DNA of 64,000 nucleotides, taken from positions 14,134 through 78,133 of the forward strand of contig CAZPLS010000001.1 in the NCBI GenBank assembly GCA_964587685.1, read 5' to 3'. The translations under genes and the position numbers were made by a program. Below the pieces are notes generated by a model that searched no databases, had not been told where the DNA came from, and was given only the letters and a program-made list of their open reading frames with translations. Positions within the stretch are counted from its first letter, which is position 1; the number at the start of each line of letters is the position of its first letter. Below are positions 7,569 to 16,848 of this stretch, piece by piece. The DNA is from an uncultured Dialister sp. Its GTDB lineage: Bacteria; Bacillota; Negativicutes; Veillonellales; Dialisteraceae.

Positions 7569-7670
7569 AGAAATATCGTAGAGTCATGCGAAGGCCCATG
7601 GAATATGCCGGAACGCCGGAATCAGGGAATGATCCATGATGCCTTTATTGAATTCAAAGGAGGATTTTAT

Positions 7671-8654
7671 ATGAATCAGCGCATGAAAACTCTTCTTTCC
7701 GTTTCCTTAGCAGCCCTCGGCACCGCTGCCATTGGGCTCACCGCCAATGCGTATGAACTCAGCCCGGAGGTTAAAACGGCCACCCCCGCACTTCAGGAGG
7801 CGGCCAATATTGGTGTCTGGACCGGCGGCAACCCCGCTCTGGCCTCTCTGGAAAATAAGGACGCCATCCTTGTCATGGCTTTCGGCACCACCTTCACCGA
7901 TGCCCGCGCAAAGAATATTGATGCGGTGGAGGCAGCGATTCAGCAGGCCCATCCGAATATTCCTGTGTTTGAAGCCTATACGAGCCATATCATCATTGAA
8001 CGGGTAGAAGCAGCGGAAGGCATTCATAAGCCCACTCCGGAGGAAGCGTTTGCCCAGCTGAAGGCCGATGGATATACCCGTGTGGCCGTTGTTTCCCTCA
8101 ACGTCGTTCCCGGCATTGAATACGAATACAACCGCCTTGTAACCAAACAGTTTGCCAACGACTTCAAATCGGTTTCCTTTGCTACGCCCCTCATGTACTA
8201 CCAGGGAACAGAGGGTGAACCGGACCAGGTGGTTGACTTCGTCAAAGCCCTTTCTTCCCAGTTCCCCGCGCTCAGTGAAGATGAAGGCATCCTGCTCCTG
8301 GCTCACGGAACCCACCATCCCGCCAATGCGTACTATTCCGTCATTCAGGACCGCATTGGCGAAGTGGGACTGAACAATATTTTCGTATACTCCGTAGAGG
8401 GCCGTCCGAATCTGGAGGATGTCATTCCGAAGCTGAAGGAAAAAGGCATCGCCCATGTGACGCTCATGCCCATTATGCTCGTAGCGGGCGACCACGCCCA
8501 TAACGACATGGCCGGTGACGAGGAAGACAGCCACAAGGTCATTCTTGAAGGAGAAGGGTTCACTGTGGACACCTACATCCATGGCCTCGGAGAGAACCCG
8601 AATGTCCGCGCCCTGTATGTAGAAAGAGCCGATGAAGCAGTGGCTGCGCTGTAA
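7671..8654 (+). CDS. cbiK: sirohydrochlorin cobaltochelatase CbiK homologue with N-terminal signal peptide (periplasmic/exported type)
   Basis: Start trimmed to MNQRMKTLLSVSLAALGTAAIGLTANA-YE behind AAGGAGG. CbiK motifs ILVMAFGTT, LLLAHGTHH, VAGDHAHNDMAG. Confidence 0.8.
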   Translation: MNQRMKTLLSVSLAALGTAAIGLTANAYELSPEVKTATPALQEAANIGVWTGGNPALASLENKDAILVMAFGTTFTDARAKNIDAVEAAIQQAHPNIPVFEAYTSHIIIERVEAAEGIHKPTPEEAFAQLKADGYTRVAVVSLNVVPGIEYEYNRLVTKQFANDFKSVSFATPLMYYQGTEGEPDQVVDFVKALSSQFPALSEDEGILLLAHGTHHPANAYYSVIQDRIGEVGLNNIFVYSVEGRPNLEDVIPKLKEKGIAHVTLMPIMLVAGDHAHNDMAGDEEDSHKVILEGEGFTVDTYIHGLGENPNVRALYVERADEAVAAL

Positions 8655-8691
8655 TAACGAAGTATTCCCGGTCTTTTTGCCGGCATAATAA

Positions 8692-8719
8692 ACGCCCCTG
8701 CTTTTGCGGGGCGTTTTTA
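8692..8719 (+). terminator. putative intrinsic terminator/attenuator between cbiK and the binding-protein gene
   Basis: CGCCCC/GGGGCG stem followed by TTTTTAT. Confidence 0.5.
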
Positions 8720-8754
8720 TCTGACCGGCAGGATCTCCGTCAAAGGAGGCCTCC

Positions 8755-9681
8755 ATGAAATCGCTCTATTCATTTTTTACCGCCTGCCTTCTCTCCCTGG
8801 CGCTGGCAGGCTGCGCGGCCTCCCCTGCCGTAACGGAAGGGGAAAAAGCATTGACCTACAAGGGAGAGACTGTCACCGTCCCGGCCAAGCCGCAGCGGAT
8901 CGCCGTGCTGACCACACCGCTCCTCAATATGGTGTATGCCGTGGGAGGTACCGTTATCGCCCGCCCCATCACAGAAACCCCCATCCCGGATGAAGCGCAG
9001 AACGTGACGTCCCTGGGTACGCCTCAGCACATTGATATGGAAAAGCTCGTTTCTCTTTCACCCGATTTTGTCATCGGCGGGAAGAGCCAGAACGGAAAGC
9101 TGGAGCCGCTTCTTCAGAGCAACCGCATTCCCTACCTCCTGGTGGATTACGACGGCATCCATGACAATGTACCGCTTCTGCAATTTCTTGGCACCCTCTG
9201 CGGAAAGGAAGCGGAGGCCGAAGCGGTGTGCGCCGACTACGAAAAGCGCATGCGCGCCGCCAAAGAGGCCGCCGCTGCCCATACACCGGCGCGGATTGCC
9301 ATTCTCCGCGCCACCGGCCGGGATGTGACGGCAGAAACACCCACCGCCATCTGCGCCTCCATGGCGGAATACCTGGGCATGGACAATGTCCTTACCTCTC
9401 ATGGCACGCTTTCCTTCCAGACCAAGACGGTGCCCTATTCGCTGGAACAGCTCTCAGCGGATGATCCGGACATTCTCTTCATCGTTACCATGGGGAATGC
9501 TGACGCCATCAACCAGAAGCTGGACCAATCCATGAGGAATAACCCCGCCTGGGCCCATCTGTCAGCCGTTGCCAATGACCGGGTCTACTTCCTGCCCTCG
9601 GATCTCTTCCTTCTCAATCCGGGCATCCGCACCCCTGATGCGCTGGAGATGCTTTCGTCCCTGGCTTACCCGGACAAGTAA
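8755..9681 (+). CDS. ABC transporter substrate-binding lipoprotein, iron-chelate/corrinoid (FecB/BtuF) class
   Basis: Lipobox LAGC. PQRIAVL...SPDFVIGG...YFLPSDLF pattern typical of class III periplasmic binding proteins. Confidence 0.85.
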   Translation: MKSLYSFFTACLLSLALAGCAASPAVTEGEKALTYKGETVTVPAKPQRIAVLTTPLLNMVYAVGGTVIARPITETPIPDEAQNVTSLGTPQHIDMEKLVSLSPDFVIGGKSQNGKLEPLLQSNRIPYLLVDYDGIHDNVPLLQFLGTLCGKEAEAEAVCADYEKRMRAAKEAAAAHTPARIAILRATGRDVTAETPTAICASMAEYLGMDNVLTSHGTLSFQTKTVPYSLEQLSADDPDILFIVTMGNADAINQKLDQSMRNNPAWAHLSAVANDRVYFLPSDLFLLNPGIRTPDALEMLSSLAYPDK

Positions 9682-9704
9682 CAGTTTCAATTATACCTGA
9701 CAGC

Positions 9705-9751
9705 AAACCGCCCCTTTGTGAAGAGGAAATTCCTCCGCAAAGGGGCGGTTT
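9705..9751. terminator. bidirectional intrinsic terminator between convergent genes
   Basis: 14-bp stem AAACCGCCCCTTTG/CAAAGGGGCGGTTT. Confidence 0.7.
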
Positions 9752-9766
9752 GATCTGCCTGAAAAT

Positions 9767-10549
9767 TCACCGGCACAGTCCGTTAATGATGATGCACGGC
9801 CTTCCGCCGCGCTCTTCCACTTCGGCGTCCACACCGAATATGTGGGCAATTGACTCGTGGGTCAGCACCTCTCCCGGCGGGCCGCTCCGCTGAATCAGCC
9901 CGTCCTCTAGTATGCAGACCTTGGAGGAATACCGGCAGGCATGGCCAATGTCATGGAGCACCAGAATGACCGTAAGTCCCTCTTCCCGATTGAGCTGGCT
10001 GATCAGCTCCAGCACCTCCAGCTGGTGGCACACATCCAGGTAGGTGGTGGGCTCATCCAGAATCAAAACCTCCGGCTCCTGGGCCAGCGCCATGGCAATC
10101 CACACGCGCTGCCGCTCTCCCCCCGAAAGAGACGCCACGGTGCGCTCCTTCAGCTGGTAGGTATGGGTCCTTCGAAGGGCGTCCGCCACAATGGCCCGGT
10201 CCCGGGTGGACACGCCGCTCCACCAGTGCTGGTAGGGATAGCGACCGCATGCGGCCAGCTCCAGCACCGTCATGTCCTTCGGTGTTTCGTGAATCTGCGG
10301 CAGGAAGGCCGCCTTTCTTGCCAGCTCTCCCGTACGGTAGGAGCGCAGGTCCCGCCCATCAATACAGACGGTCCCCTCATCAGGCTTCAGGTTGCCTGTA
10401 ATTACCTTGAGCAGTGTGGATTTTCCGCACCCGTTCCGCCCGAGGAAGGAAACAATCTGCCCCTGCTCCACCGTGCAGTCCGCACCGCACAGCACCGGAT
10501 GGCCGCCGAAGGCCACCTTGACGCCCTTCACTTCCACTGCCGCTTTCAT
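9767..10549 (-). CDS. ABC transporter ATP-binding protein (FecE/BtuD class)
   Basis: Start trimmed to MKAAVEVKG with an ATGA overlap on the permease stop. Walker A GRNGCGKST, signature LSGGERQR, Walker B LILDEPT. Confidence 0.9.
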   Translation of the reverse strand: MKAAVEVKGVKVAFGGHPVLCGADCTVEQGQIVSFLGRNGCGKSTLLKVITGNLKPDEGTVCIDGRDLRSYRTGELARKAAFLPQIHETPKDMTVLELAACGRYPYQHWWSGVSTRDRAIVADALRRTHTYQLKERTVASLSGGERQRVWIAMALAQEPEVLILDEPTTYLDVCHQLEVLELISQLNREEGLTVILVLHDIGHACRYSSKVCILEDGLIQRSGPPGEVLTHESIAHIFGVDAEVEERGGRPCIIINGLCR

Positions 10550-11556
10550 CAGGTGCTCCTCCTCAGAAGGTACAGGAAAAAGGGCGCCCCCAGAAAGGCC
10601 ATAATAATGCCCGCCGGGATTTCCACCGGTGCAAATACCGTCCGGCCCAGGGTATCGCACAGCACGAGGATGCCCGCGCCCAGCAGGGCCGAGCCGGGGA
10701 TGAGGTATTTAAAATCCGAACCGATAAGAAGGCGCACGATATGCGGCACAACGAGCCCCACAAAGCCGATGAGTCCGGCAATGCTCACCGCACCGGCCGC
10801 CAGAAGCGCCGCCGCCGCGGTCATGAGAAAACGCACCCGTTCCACGGGCAGGCCCAGGCCGCGCGCCGTTTCGTCCCCCAGAGACAGAATGGTCAGCGCC
10901 TTGGCCCCCAGCACGGCAAACAGCAATCCCAGCACCGTATAGGGAAAGAGCGCCTCCACCTGGGGCCAGCTCCGCGCGGACAGGCCGCCCACCATCCACA
11001 GGAGCGCCCCCTGCACCCGATCCGAATAAAAGACGAGCAGGGCGGAAATGCCGCTTCCCAGTAAAGCGCTCACCGCCACGCCGGCCAGTATGATCCGATT
11101 CGGCCGAATGCCGCTCTTCCACGCCAGCGCATACACCGCCCCCGCTGAAAGCATGGCCCCCACAAAGGCCGCCGGCGTCAGGAGGAGGGACGCGTCAGGC
11201 ATGAAAATGAGCATGATAACCCCTGCCAGGCCGGCACCGCTTGACACGCCCACAATGCCGGGATCCGCCAGGGGATTTTTCATCACCGCCTGCAGGATGG
11301 CGCCGGATACGGCCAGGTCTGCCCCCACCAGGGCGCCGGTGAGGTTCCTGGGAAAGCGAATGTTCCAGATCACCATGCCGTCCGTCCCCGTTACCGGGCC
11401 GAAGAGAATGTCCACGATGCGGGAAAAGGGAATGTCTGCCGAGCCGAAGACCAGACTCCCCACCATCACCGCGGCGGTAAATACCAGGCAAGCCGCAAGA
11501 ACGGACAAACGGACCGCTTTATTTTTCCCTGATGCTTCCTCTGTCGTTTTTTTCAT
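10549..11556 (-). CDS. FecCD-family iron-chelate/corrinoid ABC permease
   Basis: 335 aa polytopic protein. Typical motifs GAILQAVMKNPLADPGIVGVSSGA and LLGAGILVLCD. Confidence 0.9.
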   Translation of the reverse strand: MKKTTEEASGKNKAVRLSVLAACLVFTAAVMVGSLVFGSADIPFSRIVDILFGPVTGTDGMVIWNIRFPRNLTGALVGADLAVSGAILQAVMKNPLADPGIVGVSSGAGLAGVIMLIFMPDASLLLTPAAFVGAMLSAGAVYALAWKSGIRPNRIILAGVAVSALLGSGISALLVFYSDRVQGALLWMVGGLSARSWPQVEALFPYTVLGLLFAVLGAKALTILSLGDETARGLGLPVERVRFLMTAAAALLAAGAVSIAGLIGFVGLVVPHIVRLLIGSDFKYLIPGSALLGAGILVLCDTLGRTVFAPVEIPAGIIMAFLGAPFFLYLLRRST

Positions 11557-11632
11557 ACCGCCTCCCTCAGCGGAACCGTGCCCGCCGTACTATTTCATCA
11601 GAAAAAGAGAGCCGCAGCAAAGCGGCTCTCCC

Positions 11633-12295
11633 TCAGTCTTTCAAGTCCTGTACATAAAGCATGTTGTCCCGGCGCACCAGGTTGTAGAGCATGGCATTGA
11701 TCACAGAGGCCACCACCGGACTTCCGCCCTTGGTGCCGCGCACCGTAATATAGGGAACCCTGCATTCCTTGATGAGGAATTCCTTTGATTCCGCCGCACC
11801 GACAAAGCCCACGGGAATCCCAATGATAAGGGCCGGCATGATTGCCTCTTCCTTAGTCATACGAATGGCTTCAAAGAGAGCCGTAGGGGCGTTGCCCACC
11901 GCAATGATGGAGCCGTTGAGGTCCTTGCCAAAGGAATGAATCGCTTCCATAGAGCGGGACACATTCTTTTCCCTGGCGCTCTTAATGACGTCCGGATCCG
12001 CGATGCGGCAGAACACCTGCCCGCCCAGCACGGAGAGAGCGCGCTTATTGATGCCTGTCTGCACCATGGTTACGTCGCAGTAAATATTGCAGCCCCGGCG
12101 GAGCGCTTCAATGCCCGTGGCCACGGCCCCGCGGCTTGTCTGGATAAGATGTCCGTAATCCACATCCCCGGAGGCATGAATCATACGGGAGTACACAGTG
12201 ATTTCCTCGGGAGTCAAATCCAAATCCTTGATGAATGGATAAATCATTTCCATACTGGTTTCTTCGATCGCCTTCGGATTCTTAATAAAATTCAT
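11633..12295 (-). CDS. cbiC: cobalt-precorrin-8 methylmutase
   Basis: 220 aa. Motifs IHASGD, GNAPTAL, GIPVGFVGAAESK, GGSPVVASVINA. Confidence 0.9.
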   Translation of the reverse strand: MNFIKNPKAIEETSMEMIYPFIKDLDLTPEEITVYSRMIHASGDVDYGHLIQTSRGAVATGIEALRRGCNIYCDVTMVQTGINKRALSVLGGQVFCRIADPDVIKSAREKNVSRSMEAIHSFGKDLNGSIIAVGNAPTALFEAIRMTKEEAIMPALIIGIPVGFVGAAESKEFLIKECRVPYITVRGTKGGSPVVASVINAMLYNLVRRDNMLYVQDLKD

Positions 12296-13082
12296 GCTGT
12301 TCCTCCATATATTTCAATACCTGTTCCTCTGAAGAAAATACAGGTACATCACTCAGATACGCTTTTGGTTTTTCAATAACAATCACGTGTATGTGCTCGT
12401 CCATGGCCGCTTTCAGCTTCGTATCGCTTCCGCCCACAAGGCCGCTGTTCTTTGTCACCATCACATCGGCATGGCAGTCCCGGATCATGGCGCGATTCAT
12501 TTCATAAGAAAAGGGACCCTGCAGCGCCAGAATCTGCCGCGCCTTCAATCCCAGCTCCTCACACATCCGGACCACACCGGAAAGTGGAAGCACCCGGGCC
12601 CACAGGGTCTTTCCCTGAAGGGCCTCGGCATGGACGAAGAGGGGCAGCGTTTTGGATCCTGTGGTGAGCAGGATGCTTTCGCCGAGATGCCCGGCCAGGT
12701 CGGCCGCTTCTTCTTCGTTGGCGACGATATGCAGCTTTTCGTAATCAGGGAGCTCTATGCCCGGCCGCTCGTAGCGCACATAGGCAATGCCCGCTTCCCG
12801 GCAGGCAGCCTGCGCCGTTTCCGACACCACCGCCGCATAGGGATGACTGCAGTCCAGGATGACCGTAATTCCTTTGGAACGAATCTCCCAAAGCATTTCT
12901 TCCTTCGTAAAGCGCCCCACCTCAATGGTGATACCTTCGTGCTCAGCGAGGATCTTGCCGTACTGGCTGACCACGGTCATGAGAATCGTTTCCTGCCGGC
13001 CCTCGGGCTGCGTCCGTATCCAGTCGGCAAGATGCGCTGCTATTTCCCGACCATCCTGCGTCCCGGAAATAATCCAGATCAA
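12282..13082 (-). CDS. cbiJ: cobalt-precorrin-6A reductase
   Basis: 266 aa, MIWIISGTQDGRE N-terminus. CobK/CbiJ-like and located inside the cbi operon. Confidence 0.85.
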   Translation of the reverse strand: MIWIISGTQDGREIAAHLADWIRTQPEGRQETILMTVVSQYGKILAEHEGITIEVGRFTKEEMLWEIRSKGITVILDCSHPYAAVVSETAQAACREAGIAYVRYERPGIELPDYEKLHIVANEEEAADLAGHLGESILLTTGSKTLPLFVHAEALQGKTLWARVLPLSGVVRMCEELGLKARQILALQGPFSYEMNRAMIRDCHADVMVTKNSGLVGGSDTKLKAAMDEHIHVIVIEKPKAYLSDVPVFSSEEQVLKYMEEQHEFY

Positions 13083-13903
13083 AGCTTGTATCCCCGCGGC
13101 GTAATCATAACCCCGTCTGCTATGTAGGTGTTGCTGTTGCCGATGATGACGGTGGACTGCATGTCCACCTCTTCCTCAGGCAGCTTTTCCAGGGTGGTCA
13201 CCGTCCAGTTCATGCCGGGACGGCCCGCCTTGCGCACAATGCCCACGGGCGTGGCGGGATTTCTGTATTCCAGTACAATATCCCGAACCTGATTCAGGTA
13301 ATCTGACCGGCCGCGGCTCTTCGGATTGTAGAGAGCAATCACGAAATCTCCCTCCGCGGCCAGGCGCGCCCTCTTTTTGATCTGCTCCCACGGCGTCATA
13401 AGGTCCGAAAGGGAAATGACTGCATAGTCGTGCATAAGGGGAGCGCCCAGCGCGGCGGCGGAGGTGTTGGCCGCGGTCAGACCCGGTATAATCTCGCAAA
13501 CCGGCCGCTTGTCCTCGGGGATCTTCTGAATGAGCTCCAGCACAAGGCCCGCCATGCCGTACACACCTGGATCTCCGGAGGAAATAACCGCCACGCTGTA
13601 ACCCTCCGCAGCGAGGTCCACCGCTTTCTGACAGCGCTCCACCTCCTGCCGCATGCCATTGCCCACAACGGTTTTTCCTTCAAGGCGATTGCGAATCAAA
13701 GCAATGTATGTATTATAGCCTACAATGATTTCCGCTTCATCAATCGCGGCAGCCGCCTTCGGCGTCATTTCCTCTTCATGGCCCGGCCCGATGCCGACGA
13801 CACGGATAAGCCCACGGCCACTGCCGCTGTGGCATCCACAAATTTTGTCTTCGGAAGCAATGTTTTCCCCTGCCACGCTTCCCTGAGTGCTGCTGACTCG
13901 CAT
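13079..13903 (-). CDS. cbiH: cobalt-factor III / precorrin-3B C17-methyltransferase
   Basis: VVGIGPG...TP_methylase fold. The ATG at 13903 gives a 30-aa extension and a 139-nt overlap with cbiG, so the true start is uncertain. Confidence 0.8.
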   Translation of the reverse strand: MRVSSTQGSVAGENIASEDKICGCHSGSGRGLIRVVGIGPGHEEEMTPKAAAAIDEAEIIVGYNTYIALIRNRLEGKTVVGNGMRQEVERCQKAVDLAAEGYSVAVISSGDPGVYGMAGLVLELIQKIPEDKRPVCEIIPGLTAANTSAAALGAPLMHDYAVISLSDLMTPWEQIKKRARLAAEGDFVIALYNPKSRGRSDYLNQVRDIVLEYRNPATPVGIVRKAGRPGMNWTVTTLEKLPEEEVDMQSTVIIGNSNTYIADGVMITPRGYKL

Positions 13904-14850
13904 ACATTCCCCACTCCAATCGTTTTTTCTACAAATTCAGAAACAGCCACATGGCCCGCATCCGCCCATTGTTTCAGCTCATCTGCCGGATAAAAATGAA
14001 TGGGCAGATTCATGTGCTCTGCAAACTGCAGAAGCCCCGGCTCATTTGCCTTCACATCCACCGACGCGAGGGCCTTTACCTGCCAGCTTTCTGCACCAAT
14101 TGTATGTAAAGCGCCGCAGAAGGCATCGCGAATGCGCTCCTCCGGCGTGCCGCGCCGGCATCCCAGGCCGACAAAGAGATTTTTCGGCCGGAGGTATACA
14201 TGAGGCACCGCCACAGCCAGACGCGATTCGCTGATCACCGCCGCCGCCTCACAGGGAACATCCTCCCCATAAAGCACCGCCTCAATGCCAAGAGCGGCCA
14301 GTTTCTTCCGCACCTCTCCCGCAAAGGGCAGCTCCGGATCCACGAGCCACGCAAAGGACTTCCCCTCCGCGATGGCGCTATTGACCGGTTTTAACGCAGC
14401 CAGCGGCTCCACCCGCATGTACAGCTTCCTCGCTACGTCATCCGGCGCGGGACGGCCGTGCACGTCTGTCGCCGTGGTGATAACCGCATCGGCACCCACG
14501 GCCGCGGCAATTTCTCTGGCCCAGTCATTGGCGCCGCCCAAATGGCCTGACAGGAGAGAAATGCAGTGATTCCCGCATTCATCCATAACCAGCACCGCCG
14601 GATCCGACGCCTTGCTCACAATGTGCGGCGCGATGGCACGCACGGCGATACCGGATGCCATGATGTAGAGAAGTCCGTCATAGCGGCTGAAAATCTCCTC
14701 CGTGAGCGAAAAGGTTCGCTGAAAGAGCACCGCCCCTTCTCCGCTCTCCGCCCCCGCCCTTTCATAACAGGTGATTCCGTCAAGAGCGGCGCGCACGCGC
14801 TGGCCCAGGAGGGCCCCCCTGCGGGATACGGAGATCACCGCGCCTTTCAT
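13765..14850 (-). CDS. cbiG: cobalt-precorrin-5A hydrolase
   Basis: 361 aa with CbiG N- and C-terminal domains (LVMDECGNHCISLLSGHLGGAN, SVDVKANEPGLLQFAE). Confidence 0.85.
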   Translation of the reverse strand: MKGAVISVSRRGALLGQRVRAALDGITCYERAGAESGEGAVLFQRTFSLTEEIFSRYDGLLYIMASGIAVRAIAPHIVSKASDPAVLVMDECGNHCISLLSGHLGGANDWAREIAAAVGADAVITTATDVHGRPAPDDVARKLYMRVEPLAALKPVNSAIAEGKSFAWLVDPELPFAGEVRKKLAALGIEAVLYGEDVPCEAAAVISESRLAVAVPHVYLRPKNLFVGLGCRRGTPEERIRDAFCGALHTIGAESWQVKALASVDVKANEPGLLQFAEHMNLPIHFYPADELKQWADAGHVAVSEFVEKTIGVGNVCESAALREAWQGKTLLPKTKFVDATAAVAVGLSVSSASGRAMKRK

Positions 14851-15617
14851 TGGCTGTCTGTTCCCTGCCGGAACATGGTGGTAAACCGGCGGTCGTACAA
14901 TTTGGACAGCTCATATTCACAGTCAAGAACGCGCCCCACGACGATCATTGCCTGGCGGGTTACCCCTTCCTTATGAATGATGTCTGCAATGGTGGCAATG
15001 GTGCCGCGCAGTATTTTTTCATCCGGCCAGGTGGCGCGGACTACGATGGCCACGGGCGTATCCGCCGGATACCCGCCGTCCATGAGCTGCTGCATCACCT
15101 TATCAATGGCCTGAACAGAGAGGAAGATGCACATGGTGGCCTGATGCTGCGCCAGAGAAGTGAGATTTTCCTTCGGCGGCATGGGCGTACGCCCTTCCAT
15201 GCGGGTAATGATGATGCTCTGGGACACATTGGGCAGGGTGTATTCCTGCTTCAGCGCCGCCGCGGACGCAAGGAACGAGCTTACCCCCGGAACCACCTCA
15301 AAGTCATCGATGCCCGCCGCCCGAAGGCCGTCCATCTGCTCCTGAATGGCGCCATAAATGGCGGGATCTCCCGTGTGCACCCGGGCCACCATCTTCCCTT
15401 CCTTTACCGCGCGAATTTCCACATCCAGCACCTCATCCAGGTTCATGGATGCGCTGTTGTAAATCTCCGCGTCCTCCCTGGCCCACTTCAGGATCTCCGG
15501 ATTGACCAGCGAGCCGGCATAAATGATGACATCCGCCTCTGATACAAGGCGGCGCCCCTTTACCGTAATCAGCTCCGGGTCTCCCGGACCGGCGCCGATG
15601 AAATAGACTTTCCCCAT
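14847..15617 (-). CDS. cbiF: cobalt-precorrin-4 C11-methyltransferase
   Basis: MGKVYFIGAGPGDPELITVKG...IIYAGSLV motif. Confidence 0.9.
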   Translation of the reverse strand: MGKVYFIGAGPGDPELITVKGRRLVSEADVIIYAGSLVNPEILKWAREDAEIYNSASMNLDEVLDVEIRAVKEGKMVARVHTGDPAIYGAIQEQMDGLRAAGIDDFEVVPGVSSFLASAAALKQEYTLPNVSQSIIITRMEGRTPMPPKENLTSLAQHQATMCIFLSVQAIDKVMQQLMDGGYPADTPVAIVVRATWPDEKILRGTIATIADIIHKEGVTRQAMIVVGRVLDCEYELSKLYDRRFTTMFRQGTDSQ

Positions 15618-15628
15618 AATAAGCCTCC

Positions 15629-16222
15629 TCAGCCAATATTATTTTCAGCGGATTTTTTCACCGCCGTAAAAATGAAAACAGGACTCAGCGGACTGTACAG
15701 ATGGTAATGGCCCAGCTTCCGCAGGCGATTCACCTGCATTTGAAAGCCTTCCAGCGTGTACGGCCGGCTGGCAAAGGCAGAAACCACCTCACCGGTCGTC
15801 TCCGCGGTAACCGCCGTCAGAATGAGGCGTCCCCCTGCTGCCAGATGGGCATCCGCTTCATCAAGGATGGCGTCCAGGTGCCCCCCTGTACCGCCAATGA
15901 TAATGACATCACAGGGAGGGAGCGCCTTCATCGCCTCCGGCGCGGAACCCTGCACCACAACAATATTTTTACAGCCAAACTTTTCTGCATTCTGCTGAAT
16001 GAGCCCAATCCCCTCAGGATTGCGCTCCACCGCATAGACCGTCCCCGTTCCCGAGGCCAGCGCCGCCTCCACCGAGATGGAGCCTGTTCCTGCGCCGATG
16101 TCCGCTACGGTATCTCCCGGTGCGATGGCCGCTTTCACCATGACCATCGCGCGGATTTCCGCTTTTGTCATCGGCACCTTTCCCCGAATGAACTCCTCGT
16201 CGGCAATTCCAAAGGTATACAT
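15629..16222 (-). CDS. cbiT: cobalt-precorrin-6B C15-methyltransferase (decarboxylating)
   Basis: FIRGKVPMTKAEIRA...DIGAGTGSISVE SAM-methyltransferase motif. Confidence 0.85.
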   Translation of the reverse strand: MYTFGIADEEFIRGKVPMTKAEIRAMVMVKAAIAPGDTVADIGAGTGSISVEAALASGTGTVYAVERNPEGIGLIQQNAEKFGCKNIVVVQGSAPEAMKALPPCDVIIIGGTGGHLDAILDEADAHLAAGGRLILTAVTAETTGEVVSAFASRPYTLEGFQMQVNRLRKLGHYHLYSPLSPVFIFTAVKKSAENNIG

Positions 16223-16848
16223 TATCCCATCACCGCCAATACGGATTCTCCAAAGCCCGGAAGCTGCCCTATCTCCTCAAGAGTCCCCCGGACGATGTGT
16301 TCATTTTCATACGACACATGCTCCGCCGCAGCCGCCGCTGTGTCCTTCGGCCAGCCGCGCTTCATGAGCTCCTGCGCAATGTACGCGGGATTGTGCTCAT
16401 AATCAGTAATAAAAGAGAGCTTCTTTCCCGGTTCATAGGCCAGCTTCTCCTCTGCCGGCACACGGCCGTGAAAGGAGAGCCATTCTGATCCCTGCCAGGA
16501 CTCGCCAAGGCAGCAATAGGCAGCCTGTACGGAGGAAATCCCTGGTATGACCTCTACCTCCGTGTGAGAAAACTTTGTTTTCAGCCACGGAAGAAGGCTG
16601 TAGAAACCGGGATCTCCGGATACCATGACCACCACATTGTCCTTATCCAGTGCGTCCGCAATCCAGTCAGCAAGGAGGGAAAGCTTCCCCGTTATGGGAT
16701 AGGTTTCCTGGCCTTCCCTGGCAAAATCAGCCAGGGCGCGCCGCCCGCCCGCAAGGTACTTCGCCTCTCTTATAGCCCGCAGGGCTTTCGGCAGAATATA
16801 GTCTGCCCCGCCCGGCCCGATGCCAGCGACAATCAAACGATGTGCCAT
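16222..16848 (-). CDS. cbiE: cobalt-precorrin-7 C5-methyltransferase
   Basis: LIVAGIGPGGADYILPKAL tetrapyrrole methylase N-terminus. Abuts cbiT. Confidence 0.85.
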   Translation of the reverse strand: MAHRLIVAGIGPGGADYILPKALRAIREAKYLAGGRRALADFAREGQETYPITGKLSLLADWIADALDKDNVVVMVSGDPGFYSLLPWLKTKFSHTEVEVIPGISSVQAAYCCLGESWQGSEWLSFHGRVPAEEKLAYEPGKKLSFITDYEHNPAYIAQELMKRGWPKDTAAAAAEHVSYENEHIVRGTLEEIGQLPGFGESVLAVMG

